This document shows positions 25,995 through 35,433 of a DNA stretch of 47,076 nucleotides, one piece after another; within the stretch, counting starts at the first letter, position 1, and each line of letters begins with the position of its first letter. The notes under the pieces are model-generated. The model saw nothing but the letters and a program-made list of their open reading frames with translations. It ran no database searches and was not told the DNA's origin. A program made the translations under genes and the position numbers. Source of the DNA: a virus (lineage: Duplodnaviria > Caudoviricetes); the IMG/VR virus record IMGVR_UViG_3300027644_000022, positions 1 to 47,076 of that record; one strand, written 5' to 3'.

Positions 25995-27491
25995 TTAGAA
26001 GGTTCCCACGAGCCTTCCGTTTGCGTTTAGTACTACCGAGGAGAAAGGGGCGAAGATTGTGTCTTCGTAATTGGATTTAACGAAGTTGTCGTTGTCGTAA
26101 TCAACAAAGAGATGACTTCCAACAACCTTGAAACCAAAAAAGCCAGCAACATTCATTGCACTCGGTGCGTACTGAGATGTTGTTGAATTGTAGGCCAGTA
26201 CTTGTCCTGTGGTTGTCGGTGCTGTGCTTGAAACAGTTACTCCCCGGATTTTGTCAGCGTTGTACTGAGCCGTAGAAGCTGCCGAGGTAATCGCAGTATC
26301 GACATAGGTTTTGTTTGCCGCGTCTGTTCCAGCCGATGGTGTGGCAACTTTACTTATCTGTGTTGTGCCCGATCCGTTTGGTTCGATGACAATATTCCCG
26401 CTTGAGGTAGATACAATTTTGTACCCCGCAACTCTTAGATCACCTCCGAGTGTTGGGTTGGAATCTGCGCTGACTGAAGCCAGTCCCCCTGCCCCCCCGC
26501 TCCCAGAGCCCGCGGCAGACCAAGAAAGAAATCCTCCACCATTAGTTGTTAAAACCTGTCCAGAGGTGCCATCGCTATCGGGAAAAGTATAGGTTCGGTT
26601 TATCCCTCGAACGCTCAAAGTCGAAAAAGAACCTGTCGCTCCAGTAATATTTCCAGTAGCGGAGATCGTGGAAGTTGTGGCGATTGAACCAGAAATATTA
26701 ATAGCAGCACTGCCGCCAATAGTGCCTGAGTTGATTGCCGTTCCAGAAACCTTGCCAGCAGTTGTTATGTTAGCGAGTTTAGCCTCTGAAATTGGCCCAG
26801 TAATGTCGGCGTCAACTATCTGACCGCCGGGGATCGTGAGAGTTAGGGTCGCACTTCCGAGATTGGTTAAGGTAACAGACCCAGTGGCATCTCCTTGTAC
26901 GGTAATAACGGGGCTTCGGGTGGCAAAAGAGGGCGTTCCGCTTGCCCCAACAACTAAGAGCTGGCCTTCTGTGCCAGCGGCCGTCGCTTGTAGGGCAGAG
27001 GTAGCATTGCCGAAAAGAATACCGTTTTGAGTAAAGGTTCCAGCTCCAGTACCGCCATCAACAACCGACAAATCCGAAGCCAAGCTAGAAATTGTGGTGT
27101 TGTGGAGGGTAACCTTGTTTAGAGTTCCTCCGGCGGGGTTTGAATTTGAGTTATTATTGGCTCCGTTGACAAATAGAGAAGACAAATGCCCAGCCGCAAT
27201 AGGTGCTACAGTGCTCCCAAGCGAAGACAAAGTTAATGAGGCGAAAGAGGCTGAAGCAAAAGTAGCATTATCGGTAAATGCTACGGCTTTGGTAAAACTT
27301 GTTGGGGCGTCTACAGAAAAGCTAGTGGCGAGGTTGGATATCTTTACCTGAGTCTGAGAGAGGTTAAGGGGACTCTGTGCCCCAGCCCCATCCTCAACGG
27401 GTGCAAGGCTAATGCCCAAGCCACCAGGCTGAGAAATCTTTAGAAGTTCTTTGTACGATGTGGCGACTGTCCGCGAAGTTAAGCTAGCCAT
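25995..27491 (-). CDS. tail fibre protein
   Basis: S/T/G-rich; DGTSGQVLTTNG.G.LSW, PTLGGDL, DAANK.YVD, GQVL.YN fibre motifs. Confidence 0.85.
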   Translation of the reverse strand: MASLTSRTVATSYKELLKISQPGGLGISLAPVEDGAGAQSPLNLSQTQVKISNLATSFSVDAPTSFTKAVAFTDNATFASASFASLTLSSLGSTVAPIAAGHLSSLFVNGANNNSNSNPAGGTLNKVTLHNTTISSLASDLSVVDGGTGAGTFTQNGILFGNATSALQATAAGTEGQLLVVGASGTPSFATRSPVITVQGDATGSVTLTNLGSATLTLTIPGGQIVDADITGPISEAKLANITTAGKVSGTAINSGTIGGSAAINISGSIATTSTISATGNITGATGSFSTLSVRGINRTYTFPDSDGTSGQVLTTNGGGFLSWSAAGSGSGGAGGLASVSADSNPTLGGDLRVAGYKIVSTSSGNIVIEPNGSGTTQISKVATPSAGTDAANKTYVDTAITSAASTAQYNADKIRGVTVSSTAPTTTGQVLAYNSTTSQYAPSAMNVAGFFGFKVVGSHLFVDYDNDNFVKSNYEDTIFAPFSSVVLNANGRLVGTF

Positions 27492-27596
27492 TTATTCAAG
27501 CTCCTCCCAAAAGAATTGAATGTAGTCCCAAGTTTCGGCAGGATCTAAGACAAGCGTATCCCACACCTCGCCTACGCATGTGCTTAGGATCTGCAT
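27492..27596 (-). CDS. 34-aa Trp/acidic peptide (not in ORF track)
   Basis: MQILSTCVGEVWDTLVLDPAETWDYIQFFWEELE; its TAA abuts the fibre ATG. Confidence 0.55.
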   Translation of the reverse strand: MQILSTCVGEVWDTLVLDPAETWDYIQFFWEELE

Positions 27597-27629
27597 ATAG
27601 AATTATTTCTACACGGCTTTTCATTTTGT

Positions 27630-28919
27630 CTATACCAATGCGACAATTTCCCCAGCACCAAAAGCTTTTGCCTGAATTTGCAAGGTGTTTCTGGCTCCAC
27701 CACGAGTTTCTTTTAACTCTTTTTGGAGATAAGAAATTGACTTATTTTCGTGAAATTGAGCCTGTTCCTCTTTGTCTTTCATCCTGAGAGAAACAACCAT
27801 TTCTCGGAGTGCTGGGTAATTTCGGATGTCCATTTTGTCGTTGTTCTTGCGTTTGCGTAGCCAACGTTTTTTAGCCAACACTTCCACGCAAGACCCAATG
27901 TTGGCCCGAGAGCGCACAAAGTATCTCCTCATCCACTGCCCAGAAACTAGTTTTTCCCCGCGATCGACAAGAACTTCGTAACCCGGAGTTCCTTTTTGCT
28001 GAAACCCAAGACTATTTTCGTGAAACTCATACATACGATCTCGAACGGGAACATTTCGTCCGTCGATGCAAAGACCCAAGACGGCTCCAATTGAGTTTGG
28101 CAAGAAAATCTCACCAGCGTTGTCGATAGAAACCTTGTACTGCTCGATCGTTCCATTCCAAGAACCTAGGTGAAAAAGGGTTTCCTCAGCTTGGTTGAGC
28201 AGATCTGCAAGCTCTCCGTCAAACAAGCGAAGGCCATCCTCAAGATCGAGGGCAAGTCGGCTCAACATTTGGCCGAATGAGTTTTCTATTTCGGTGGATA
28301 GTCTAGTTTGAAAGTTTAATCTTCGAGCCGCTTCAACTGCCCTATCCGTTTTAATAGATAATCTTTCAATGGCCTTAGCCTCTAGAGCTTGGGCAGATTC
28401 GAGTTGATCGTTTTCCTCTCGGTAAATTGCCAGAAGCATAAGTTTCAAGGCTTCAAGATCGTTGATCAGCAAAAGATCTGTCTCCCCTGCTGCTTCGACG
28501 AAACTGAGTTTTCCAGTAATCTCAATCTTGCTGACTGGGTCTCCGAGGATTTTATAAGAGCGGGTGGTGCTATCTGTGCCTGTTGGGACAATGTCTAAAA
28601 GATCTCCATTAGGCTTAAGGAAGGCACGAACATCGTTGATAGGCTGCGACCCGCTAACGTCCGTGCTGTTAATCAATAGGGCGCTCTCAAGGCCGAAGCC
28701 ACCGAAGTTTGAAATGTTTCCAGAATAGGCTGGGAGGGAGAAAGTATTGTCTACGGGGGTAACAAAGTATTTGGCCAAAACCCCAAGCCAAGCTCGATGA
28801 GCGTGCAAACGAGATTGTGCTTCGTTAATTTTGAAGATTACCCGTTCATCGGATGGGCAAACCCCGTTATCAATAAAGGTATTTAGCCTACTCTTGGCCT
28901 GAGAGAGGGTTAGGGACAT
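27630..28919 (-). CDS. head-tail adaptor / tail tubular protein A-like, internally duplicated
   Basis: IN.AQ.RL....W and LN.AE..L....W helices in two similar halves; position in the tail module. Confidence 0.65.
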   Translation of the reverse strand: MSLTLSQAKSRLNTFIDNGVCPSDERVIFKINEAQSRLHAHRAWLGVLAKYFVTPVDNTFSLPAYSGNISNFGGFGLESALLINSTDVSGSQPINDVRAFLKPNGDLLDIVPTGTDSTTRSYKILGDPVSKIEITGKLSFVEAAGETDLLLINDLEALKLMLLAIYREENDQLESAQALEAKAIERLSIKTDRAVEAARRLNFQTRLSTEIENSFGQMLSRLALDLEDGLRLFDGELADLLNQAEETLFHLGSWNGTIEQYKVSIDNAGEIFLPNSIGAVLGLCIDGRNVPVRDRMYEFHENSLGFQQKGTPGYEVLVDRGEKLVSGQWMRRYFVRSRANIGSCVEVLAKKRWLRKRKNNDKMDIRNYPALREMVVSLRMKDKEEQAQFHENKSISYLQKELKETRGGARNTLQIQAKAFGAGEIVALV

Positions 28920-28920
28920 C

Positions 28921-29310
28921 TTAGGTTAGACTAAATTTCATAACTTTTACGAAATAGTCCAAATTGGGGATTATGGTACTCCGAGAAACTAAGGACATAA
29001 TTCTTATTGTTACTATATTTGCTCCAGATACGTAACCGTCTACAACGCATCTGTCGATTTTGGTGCTTGGGTTTACGGCGACCACGTCGTTCAAAGAAGC
29101 TCCAGCAACATCAACAGTAAAAGTTACCTCAGTTCCAGCGGCCATAGTTCCGCTAGTAAGAACATTCCCAGTAAGGGTTGGACTTGATTTTTTTGCTTCA
29201 AGAATAAGGTTTTGCCCTGGAAGAGAGAGATATTGGGCGAAGAGGTCGATAAGCTGTTGCGGGGTTCCGTAACAGGTATTAGGGGGTAGAGCTCCAGAGA
29301 TTAATGCCAT
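28921..29310 (-). CDS. tail-associated structural protein
   Basis: beta-rich VAGASLNDVVAV...GYVS.AN.VTIR domain. Confidence 0.65.
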   Translation of the reverse strand: MALISGALPPNTCYGTPQQLIDLFAQYLSLPGQNLILEAKKSSPTLTGNVLTSGTMAAGTEVTFTVDVAGASLNDVVAVNPSTKIDRCVVDGYVSGANIVTIRIMSLVSRSTIIPNLDYFVKVMKFSLT

Positions 29311-29311
29311 A

Positions 29312-30100
29312 TCAATACTTTATGATATAATTTAAAAAGACAAGGGGTGGGAGGTTTGTATGTGGTAAGGCAGAAGGGTCAGAAGTTGCATTCGAGTTAA
29401 ATTCGTAATCCCAAGTTAAATCTATGCCCCCAGAAAAAGTGCCAGGTTGCCCACCTTCACCGCCATTACATCGATTGCCGTTTTCAGCTCCGCCACCCCA
29501 GCTAACCGAAAGCGAATGGGTGTGGTTATGCCGCTTTAAGCCTGTCTCTTGATTTTGAAGGGTATGGGTATCAAAACCCCCAGAAGACCCAAGTATTGTT
29601 GCGTTAATGTTGCCTAACCTAGTATTTGTTAAACGGCCGGAAGGGTCGACATTCCCCATAGTTTCGTTCCCCACAACACAACGCCCCCTAAGATCGGGAA
29701 GATTGAAAGAAGTTCGATTATCGCCAGCTCCATACACAGTACCGATAGCTAAAAACAAGTTGTTGTAAGTTGCCCTAGATACCGCACCCCCATTGCAGTA
29801 AAGGTAGCCATCGGGTAGCGCCAAACCGGGGTAAGCAAAAATTGCTCCTGGGAGCGTAAAAGACGGAAACGATATTCCACTTTGCACATTTGTCGTAACA
29901 GCCATATCTGCGCCAGGGTTGATTTCTTTAACCGTTCCTGGTGATCGATAGGTTGATAGGTCGCTTAACTTAATTTTCTTGGTTACTCCACCTTCTGAGC
30001 AGGGAATAAAAGTAGTTTGAGCACGAAGATTGCCTCCCGCGTCATTTTGTAATTGCGCTGAATCAACTTCGGGTAGTTCGGTAATTCGGGTATTGGCCAT
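29312..30100 (-). CDS. phage tail-collar domain protein 3
   Basis: P.GYL.CNG.AVSR.TY..LF.AIGT.YG.GD....FNLPDLRGR; HxHxH; H.NLPP...LNYIIK. Confidence 0.9.
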   Translation of the reverse strand: MANTRITELPEVDSAQLQNDAGGNLRAQTTFIPCSEGGVTKKIKLSDLSTYRSPGTVKEINPGADMAVTTNVQSGISFPSFTLPGAIFAYPGLALPDGYLYCNGGAVSRATYNNLFLAIGTVYGAGDNRTSFNLPDLRGRCVVGNETMGNVDPSGRLTNTRLGNINATILGSSGGFDTHTLQNQETGLKRHNHTHSLSVSWGGGAENGNRCNGGEGGQPGTFSGGIDLTWDYEFNSNATSDPSALPHTNLPPLVFLNYIIKY

Positions 30101-30101
30101 A

Positions 30102-30899
30102 TTAGTATTTTATAATCCAGTTAAGTAAGAGAAAGGGGGGCAAGTTCGGATGAGGCTGAGTGTCAAGGGTGTCGGCAGGAGTACTTGAATCTTCGATGGT
30201 TAACGAAAGAGTTCTTGAACAACCCCCTGAGCTAGTGTTGAAGTTTTTCCTCGGAGCACCAGTAACTAAGGACTCGTTATTCCCATACCTGTTGAACCCT
30301 GCCGAAATAGCAAAAGTACCGGTAGCAGAATGGGTGTGACTAACCAAGGGAGCTTGCGAATCTAAAAGGGTGTGTTGCGCAAATCCTGCCATTGCCCCAA
30401 GAGTTGTTGAACCCTCAACAGTTGTTCGGCCCGCTGCGGTTGAACCCATATCGTCTAAACCAAAGACAGTTCTACCAGAAAGGTTCGGGAGATTAAAGTT
30501 AGCGTCAGAACCCCCGTAGGTGTATTTGATTACAGAAAAAAGATCTGGGTGCCCAGCAACGGATAGGCTTCGACCATTGCAAATATACCAACCATTTGGT
30601 TCTGCCGAACCAGCGTATAGAGCTGTAAACCCTGGGGCGTTGAAAGAAATTGTTCCTGAAGTAGTAAAGTTTTCAGGTGTTACTTTTACAGAAACTCCGC
30701 TACGCATTTGCTTGTAAACACCGCTATCAAACCAAGTCCTAAGGTTTTGGATTGATAGTTTTCGGGTTACAGTTGTAGGCACAGACACGGCACTTCCATC
30801 GCTGTAAAACGTGGAGTTTTGCGTAATAGTTGCTGGCACAAACGAAGATCCGTCAAGAACTTCGCTTACCCTTAGCGTTGAAATTCGAAAGGAGGCCAT
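30102..30899 (-). CDS. phage tail-collar domain protein 2
   Basis: PNGW.ICNG.SL.....P.LFSVI..TYGG....FNLPNL.GR; HTH; H.NLPP...LNWIIK. Confidence 0.9.
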   Translation of the reverse strand: MASFRISTLRVSEVLDGSSFVPATITQNSTFYSDGSAVSVPTTVTRKLSIQNLRTWFDSGVYKQMRSGVSVKVTPENFTTSGTISFNAPGFTALYAGSAEPNGWYICNGRSLSVAGHPDLFSVIKYTYGGSDANFNLPNLSGRTVFGLDDMGSTAAGRTTVEGSTTLGAMAGFAQHTLLDSQAPLVSHTHSATGTFAISAGFNRYGNNESLVTGAPRKNFNTSSGGCSRTLSLTIEDSSTPADTLDTQPHPNLPPFLLLNWIIKY

Positions 30900-30901
30900 A
30901 A

Positions 30902-31699
30902 TTATAATTTGATTATGTAGTTTAGAACAAGCCCCGGAGGCATATTGTTGTGTGCCAAGGCTGCATCTACCTCGGTCAGCGGTGTTGTTGTGGTTGAAGA
31001 CGAGGAAGACTGACGATTCCCAGGGGTTACTTCCCCGTGAACGTTATAGTCACTGTAACACTCTGGGGGGCCGCAATCGGAATCATCCCAACAATTAGTG
31101 TCGTTGCAGCTCCCGTAAACAATCATAGTGCCTGAAGCAGTATGCAAATGCGTTTTTAAAGGCGATTGGCCTGAAGTAAGCTGATGGTTTTCGCTGCCCC
31201 CAGTAGATCCAAGCGAATGATAATTCCCACTGGTGAAAGACAACACGGATAGAGGACTAGTAGCAGTAGCGTTTTCTGCTTTCCCAAAAGGCAATCTACC
31301 CCGAAGATCGGGGACAGAAAAAACATTGCCAGAGCCACCGTAAGTGTACGAAATTGCTTGGAATAGTTCCTCGTAAACCCCACCTATTGGGTAACTGGCT
31401 CCGTTACAAAACACCCAACCGAAGGGTGCGGAAGCCCCAGCGAAGGGCAAAACAAGACCAGGAAGATAAAACGAAATTGTTCCAGTCGAAGTAATCGGGT
31501 TCGGCTCAAGTCTGATGCCTGCCCCAGCACTCACGGAGGTAATGGTGCCGCCAGTAACAGCATTTAGAAAGGACGACAAATTAACAACTCGGGTGGCGCC
31601 CCCGATAACGACTGGTAGTTTTGCAGTAAGCGGAACAGGCGCAGCGACTGTTGACAGCTGGCTTATCTTAAGAGAATTGCTGGGTTCCGTGCCGGGCAT
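30902..31699 (-). CDS. phage tail-collar domain protein 1
   Basis: AP.GWV.CNG......Y..LF.AI..TYGG....F.VPDLRGR; HLH; HNNMPP...LNYIIK. Confidence 0.9.
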   Translation of the reverse strand: MPGTEPSNSLKISQLSTVAAPVPLTAKLPVVIGGATRVVNLSSFLNAVTGGTITSVSAGAGIRLEPNPITSTGTISFYLPGLVLPFAGASAPFGWVFCNGASYPIGGVYEELFQAISYTYGGSGNVFSVPDLRGRLPFGKAENATATSPLSVLSFTSGNYHSLGSTGGSENHQLTSGQSPLKTHLHTASGTMIVYGSCNDTNCWDDSDCGPPECYSDYNVHGEVTPGNRQSSSSSTTTTPLTEVDAALAHNNMPPGLVLNYIIKL

Positions 31700-31700
31700 A

Positions 31701-31961
31701 TTAGTTGATCCTTAAAACTGCTCCAGCGGGAAAAACAAGTAACCTAGTTGAGGTGTTTGGGTCTCCGTCTTCATCAATTTCGTATGGCCCATCCACAGCG
31801 ATTCCGTCGTCTGGAATTGCTCCAAGGGGCAAAGCTTCTAAAGCACTTAGGTCTTCTAAACCAAGGTAATCTATCGTCTCACTTGCTTCGTAGACGATGT
31901 TGTCGTACATCCCCTGCCCGCACTCGCAGGCTTCTGTTGTGCAAATAGTGTTTTCGCTCAT
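31701..31961 (-). CDS. small acidic tail-region protein
   Basis: ATG at 31961 in ATGA overlap with the nozzle stop. Confidence 0.6.
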   Translation of the reverse strand: MSENTICTTEACECGQGMYDNIVYEASETIDYLGLEDLSALEALPLGAIPDDGIAVDGPYEIDEDGDPNTSTRLLVFPAGAVLRIN

Positions 31962-34471
31962 GGACAACCCCCTCCAGTCTGTTCTACAAGCTTTTCCGCA
32001 TGTACAAGCACCTTCGACAAAGCAAGTACTCCCTGCCACTCAATGCGAAATTGAAATGTTTGTGCTACTTTCGTGAGTTGCTTTGTGTTTTCTGAGCAAA
32101 CATCTGGTGGTGACGGAAGTCGAATCTGCGAACGAAATTGTGTCTTATTGTCGGTTGGAGTGAAAGCTCCGCAAGAATCAGTTTCAGTCAAAGACGCGGG
32201 AACAATATCGGGCTTTTCTACGAGGAAAGTACCGAAATCAATATTGAATACACTTGCACTTTCCGAAGAGCGCGTGACAACAGCGTTTGTAAAACCCGCA
32301 ACACGTAGCGCTGCTTGCATATTAGCTGGCAAGGAAGGAGTCTTGAACTGAAGAAGTGTAGTAGTTCTGTCTTTGAGCAAGAAGCTGGTAGTACCAGACA
32401 CGCCAAAAGGAGGTTTGCCATCACCAATGGTGTCTGGGATTCGCATATAAAAATAGTCGGGCATCTCGGTATCAGTAAAGGTTAACTGCCACTTTTGTGC
32501 TCGAGTAACTGTTTTCCCTGAACTTTGGAGGAAGGAGACAAGAGGCTGTTTTACGATTTCGTAAGCGGCGGTAGTATCGGGGAGACAAGTAAGGTTATCT
32601 GCAAAACAACTTTGATTTTGTGCGCATACCTCTAGTGAGTGCCAGAGCGTCCAACATGATGAGCCATCTGGGCGATACCAAACATTCATTGTGGTATTCC
32701 CTTCAAAGTTACTAATCCACAAATCCATCCTAATTAACTTTTTTAGATTCCAGGGGGTTCCAAAGTCATAGCCCCTTGTTTCAACTGCGGATTGAATCCT
32801 TTCGCCTGAACTAGTTAACGTGAAATCATAAAGTGCCCACGGGTATAGCTCCCACAATTCGTTTTCAGAAGTCGTGGGGTTTACCGTAAACGCAAAACAA
32901 CGGGGTGTTCGATTGATTTGCCCAGCGATAAGTTGTGTTGTGTTAAGACCTGTCCAGAGTCCGTCCCAAATTGGGCTGAACTCGGAATCGGGCTTTGCCA
33001 TTGAATTAAAATCAAAGACCCCAAACCCTCGATGAGTAATTGGGACAACTGGAATAGGGTTTTCCCCAACATTCTTGTAATTTTGGGTCGGGCCCACAGT
33101 AAAGATAAGGCGGTTGTCGAAATAAACCGCTGACGTTGCCTCGTACATGTACTCGGTGTCAAAGTCTAAGATCACGTCAACTGGCGTAGAAAAGGAAGTT
33201 TCACCCGTTGACTCTTGGTCGGCTCTGGCATTTCGGTAACTCCTTACACCGTCAGCCGCTCTGAAATAGATATCGTTATTGATCGGGATAAGAAACTTCT
33301 CAGCTACGGAACCAATTTTTGAAAAGGTTATTCTTTGAAACCCAGGAGTGTTTTTCCAAGAATCCCTAGGAATCGAAACTGCAAACGAAACGACTCCAGT
33401 CTCTCCAAAAACAAGGAGATCACCTTGCCCAGTCGCTGTGTCGGATATCGGCATAAAAAGCATCCCGTTAATCCGACCCATTTCTGATGGAAATTGGAAA
33501 CTGCCACCTTCACTCAAGTAAGTGGTTTCGGTAAAACGAAGCAAATCAGTATCAGCTCCAGCATTCGCTCGAATAACGAACCCACCAGATCCAGCTGTTG
33601 AGAGGCCACTAGGGATTGAAAAAGACGTGTCGGTTAGCCTTGTTAGTTTCCAAGTTCCATTTATGTCGGGTGTAGAGCTGTGACCAGAGATAGTCACAAC
33701 ATCGCCAGTAGAGAAATTATGGTTTGTAGCAGTCGTGAAGACGGCAGTCGCGCCAACTAAAGAAGAAGAAATGGCTACTTGATTCGTAGAGCCTCCAAAA
33801 ACAATATCACCAGCAAAGAAAGTAGTTCTATCTGGCGTAGTAACAAATAGTCTTCCTTGGCCGTAAGCCATTAAAGTGCCTGTCGGCATAGTAGAAGCAA
33901 TTTGCCCAATAGAGTCTACTGAACCTGTTCCAGCTTGATGCAAGAATTCTCCGTCAAATATTGCTGGTCGATCTAAACCGTTTTGGATGATGAGATATTT
34001 CTCGGCTTGGATAAAGTAACATTTTCGAACAGCGTCCATCCGAAAGTCTTTTAAGCCACTGCTTGTCGAGTACTTGAGTCTTTGGATATACCCAGAAATA
34101 GGATCAATCTTGAATACTCTTCCCGAACAGACCGCAATAATGTAATTCTTGTACGAATCTTTTTTGTTAATATATAGAATAGCGCCCTGGAACAGATTGC
34201 CGCTCTTGTCTCCTTTCCAGTCTAAACCACCTTGAAAAAGAGTCCGACTAGAGCTTGGCCTCCCATCATCTTGCGGTAGGGCTTCGGGGTCATCTAAGAG
34301 AAAGGCTTGCAGATATCCTGGCCTTGTTTTCGGACGCCCTCCTCTAAATGTGCAATTTATTGCGGCTAGAACTACGTCTTTACTTGCTAAATTAGGGACA
34401 ATAGAGCCATCCATCCCCCCAGTCCAATCCTGCTGGCCGTCAGATATGCGTATTTCTTGCGTAGAAGCCAT
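31958..34471 (-). CDS. tail nozzle / tail tubular protein B-like
   Basis: 837 aa, beta-rich; N......G..KTRPG N-terminal motif; GRLFV, GDLLVF propeller-like blades. Confidence 0.75.
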   Translation of the reverse strand: MASTQEIRISDGQQDWTGGMDGSIVPNLASKDVVLAAINCTFRGGRPKTRPGYLQAFLLDDPEALPQDDGRPSSSRTLFQGGLDWKGDKSGNLFQGAILYINKKDSYKNYIIAVCSGRVFKIDPISGYIQRLKYSTSSGLKDFRMDAVRKCYFIQAEKYLIIQNGLDRPAIFDGEFLHQAGTGSVDSIGQIASTMPTGTLMAYGQGRLFVTTPDRTTFFAGDIVFGGSTNQVAISSSLVGATAVFTTATNHNFSTGDVVTISGHSSTPDINGTWKLTRLTDTSFSIPSGLSTAGSGGFVIRANAGADTDLLRFTETTYLSEGGSFQFPSEMGRINGMLFMPISDTATGQGDLLVFGETGVVSFAVSIPRDSWKNTPGFQRITFSKIGSVAEKFLIPINNDIYFRAADGVRSYRNARADQESTGETSFSTPVDVILDFDTEYMYEATSAVYFDNRLIFTVGPTQNYKNVGENPIPVVPITHRGFGVFDFNSMAKPDSEFSPIWDGLWTGLNTTQLIAGQINRTPRCFAFTVNPTTSENELWELYPWALYDFTLTSSGERIQSAVETRGYDFGTPWNLKKLIRMDLWISNFEGNTTMNVWYRPDGSSCWTLWHSLEVCAQNQSCFADNLTCLPDTTAAYEIVKQPLVSFLQSSGKTVTRAQKWQLTFTDTEMPDYFYMRIPDTIGDGKPPFGVSGTTSFLLKDRTTTLLQFKTPSLPANMQAALRVAGFTNAVVTRSSESASVFNIDFGTFLVEKPDIVPASLTETDSCGAFTPTDNKTQFRSQIRLPSPPDVCSENTKQLTKVAQTFQFRIEWQGVLALSKVLVHAEKLVEQTGGGCP

Positions 34472-34480
34472 GTGAGAATT

Positions 34481-34912
34481 CTATCCTTTTTTCGGATTTC
34501 GCAAGACGTCCCAGTTGTCTCTCCACGAGGAGTTAGGGGAGAAATAAATAGATTTAGTTTTTGGAAGCTTGGGGCTAGGTACGGCAAAAACAGCATCTTG
34601 CGGGATATGGTAAAACACAAACGCATCACATACGTTTGGTTTGTACTTCATCTTCTCTTTATTAATCTTCAAATATGCCCCATACCCATAACCAGCTCCA
34701 CGGACGGCTAAGAACTTCAGTTTGTTGCGAGCCTTTGAATCCGAGGCACCCATCGTGCTTTTAACCTGAACCCTGCACAACTTGCCTCTCCAATCAGTAA
34801 TCAGATCGTACCCGTCATCAATTATAGGTGTGCTAACTAGAAAACCTTGTTCAAGAAGCTTTGCTGCTACCTTCTGAACGCCGATTGCCCCAATCCGAAG
34901 GCTCATAACCAC
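34481..34912 (-). CDS. PD-(D/E)XK endonuclease (PDDEXK_5-like)
   Basis: L...GF.VS.P..D.GYDLI......L.RVQVKST...Y....D.FVFY. Confidence 0.8.
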   Translation of the reverse strand: MVMSLRIGAIGVQKVAAKLLEQGFLVSTPIIDDGYDLITDWRGKLCRVQVKSTMGASDSKARNKLKFLAVRGAGYGYGAYLKINKEKMKYKPNVCDAFVFYHIPQDAVFAVPSPKLPKTKSIYFSPNSSWRDNWDVLRNPKKG

Positions 34913-35433
34913 CCCCTACCAAGAACATTTACTGCTAGTCGTCTTCGCCGATAAACACCGTCCCCGTCCCGGCTTCCACCACCGTTTGTATTCCCCTCAA
35001 TAGTCACTAACCAATCCCCCTCGCTCTTTTCCACAAGGCCAACGTGCGCCACCCGACCCATCGAGTTGAACCAGATTCCAAAGACATCGGCGGCCTTAAG
35101 TGGGGTTCCCTTCCTTTGTCGATCCCAGGTTGGTTTCGTAAGAAATGTCGGGCTCCAAGCGGAGCGAGGGTAGGGATTGAATAGCGTTGACCCAAAGGCT
35201 TTGTCACCAACCCACACGATAAATGCCGCGCACCACGGCGCTTTGGTGCCTTCAAGGTTTACGGATGCAAGGATCTCGTCCACCACGGGCCCGTCGTTGC
35301 GTCCCGATTTCTCCCGAATGCCGATACTTTTGCGGGCTTGTTCAATGACGAGAACCCGCGACGCCTCAACTCCTGGGCTAGCCAAAGAGTCGGTAAGAAA
35401 CGCAATAAAAAGCGCAACATATATTACTTGCAT
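34903..35433 (-). CDS. CHAP-domain endolysin with N-terminal hydrophobic signal
   Basis: PWCAAF, HVGLV, TIEGNT motifs. Confidence 0.9.
   Translation of the reverse strand: MQVIYVALFIAFLTDSLASPGVEASRVLVIEQARKSIGIREKSGRNDGPVVDEILASVNLEGTKAPWCAAFIVWVGDKAFGSTLFNPYPRSAWSPTFLTKPTWDRQRKGTPLKAADVFGIWFNSMGRVAHVGLVEKSEGDWLVTIEGNTNGGGSRDGDGVYRRRRLAVNVLGRGWL

Noticed and set aside
27496-27624. Alternative 42-aa ORF (MKSRVEIIL...) in the adaptor-fibre gap
   Set aside because: The 34-aa frame couples directly to the next gene and has a more protein-like pattern; not fully excluded
22167-31699. Diversity-generating retroelement or invertible tail-fibre switch
   Set aside because: No reverse transcriptase, invertase or near-identical TR/VR nucleotide repeat was seen; the paralogues are highly diverged and co-oriented
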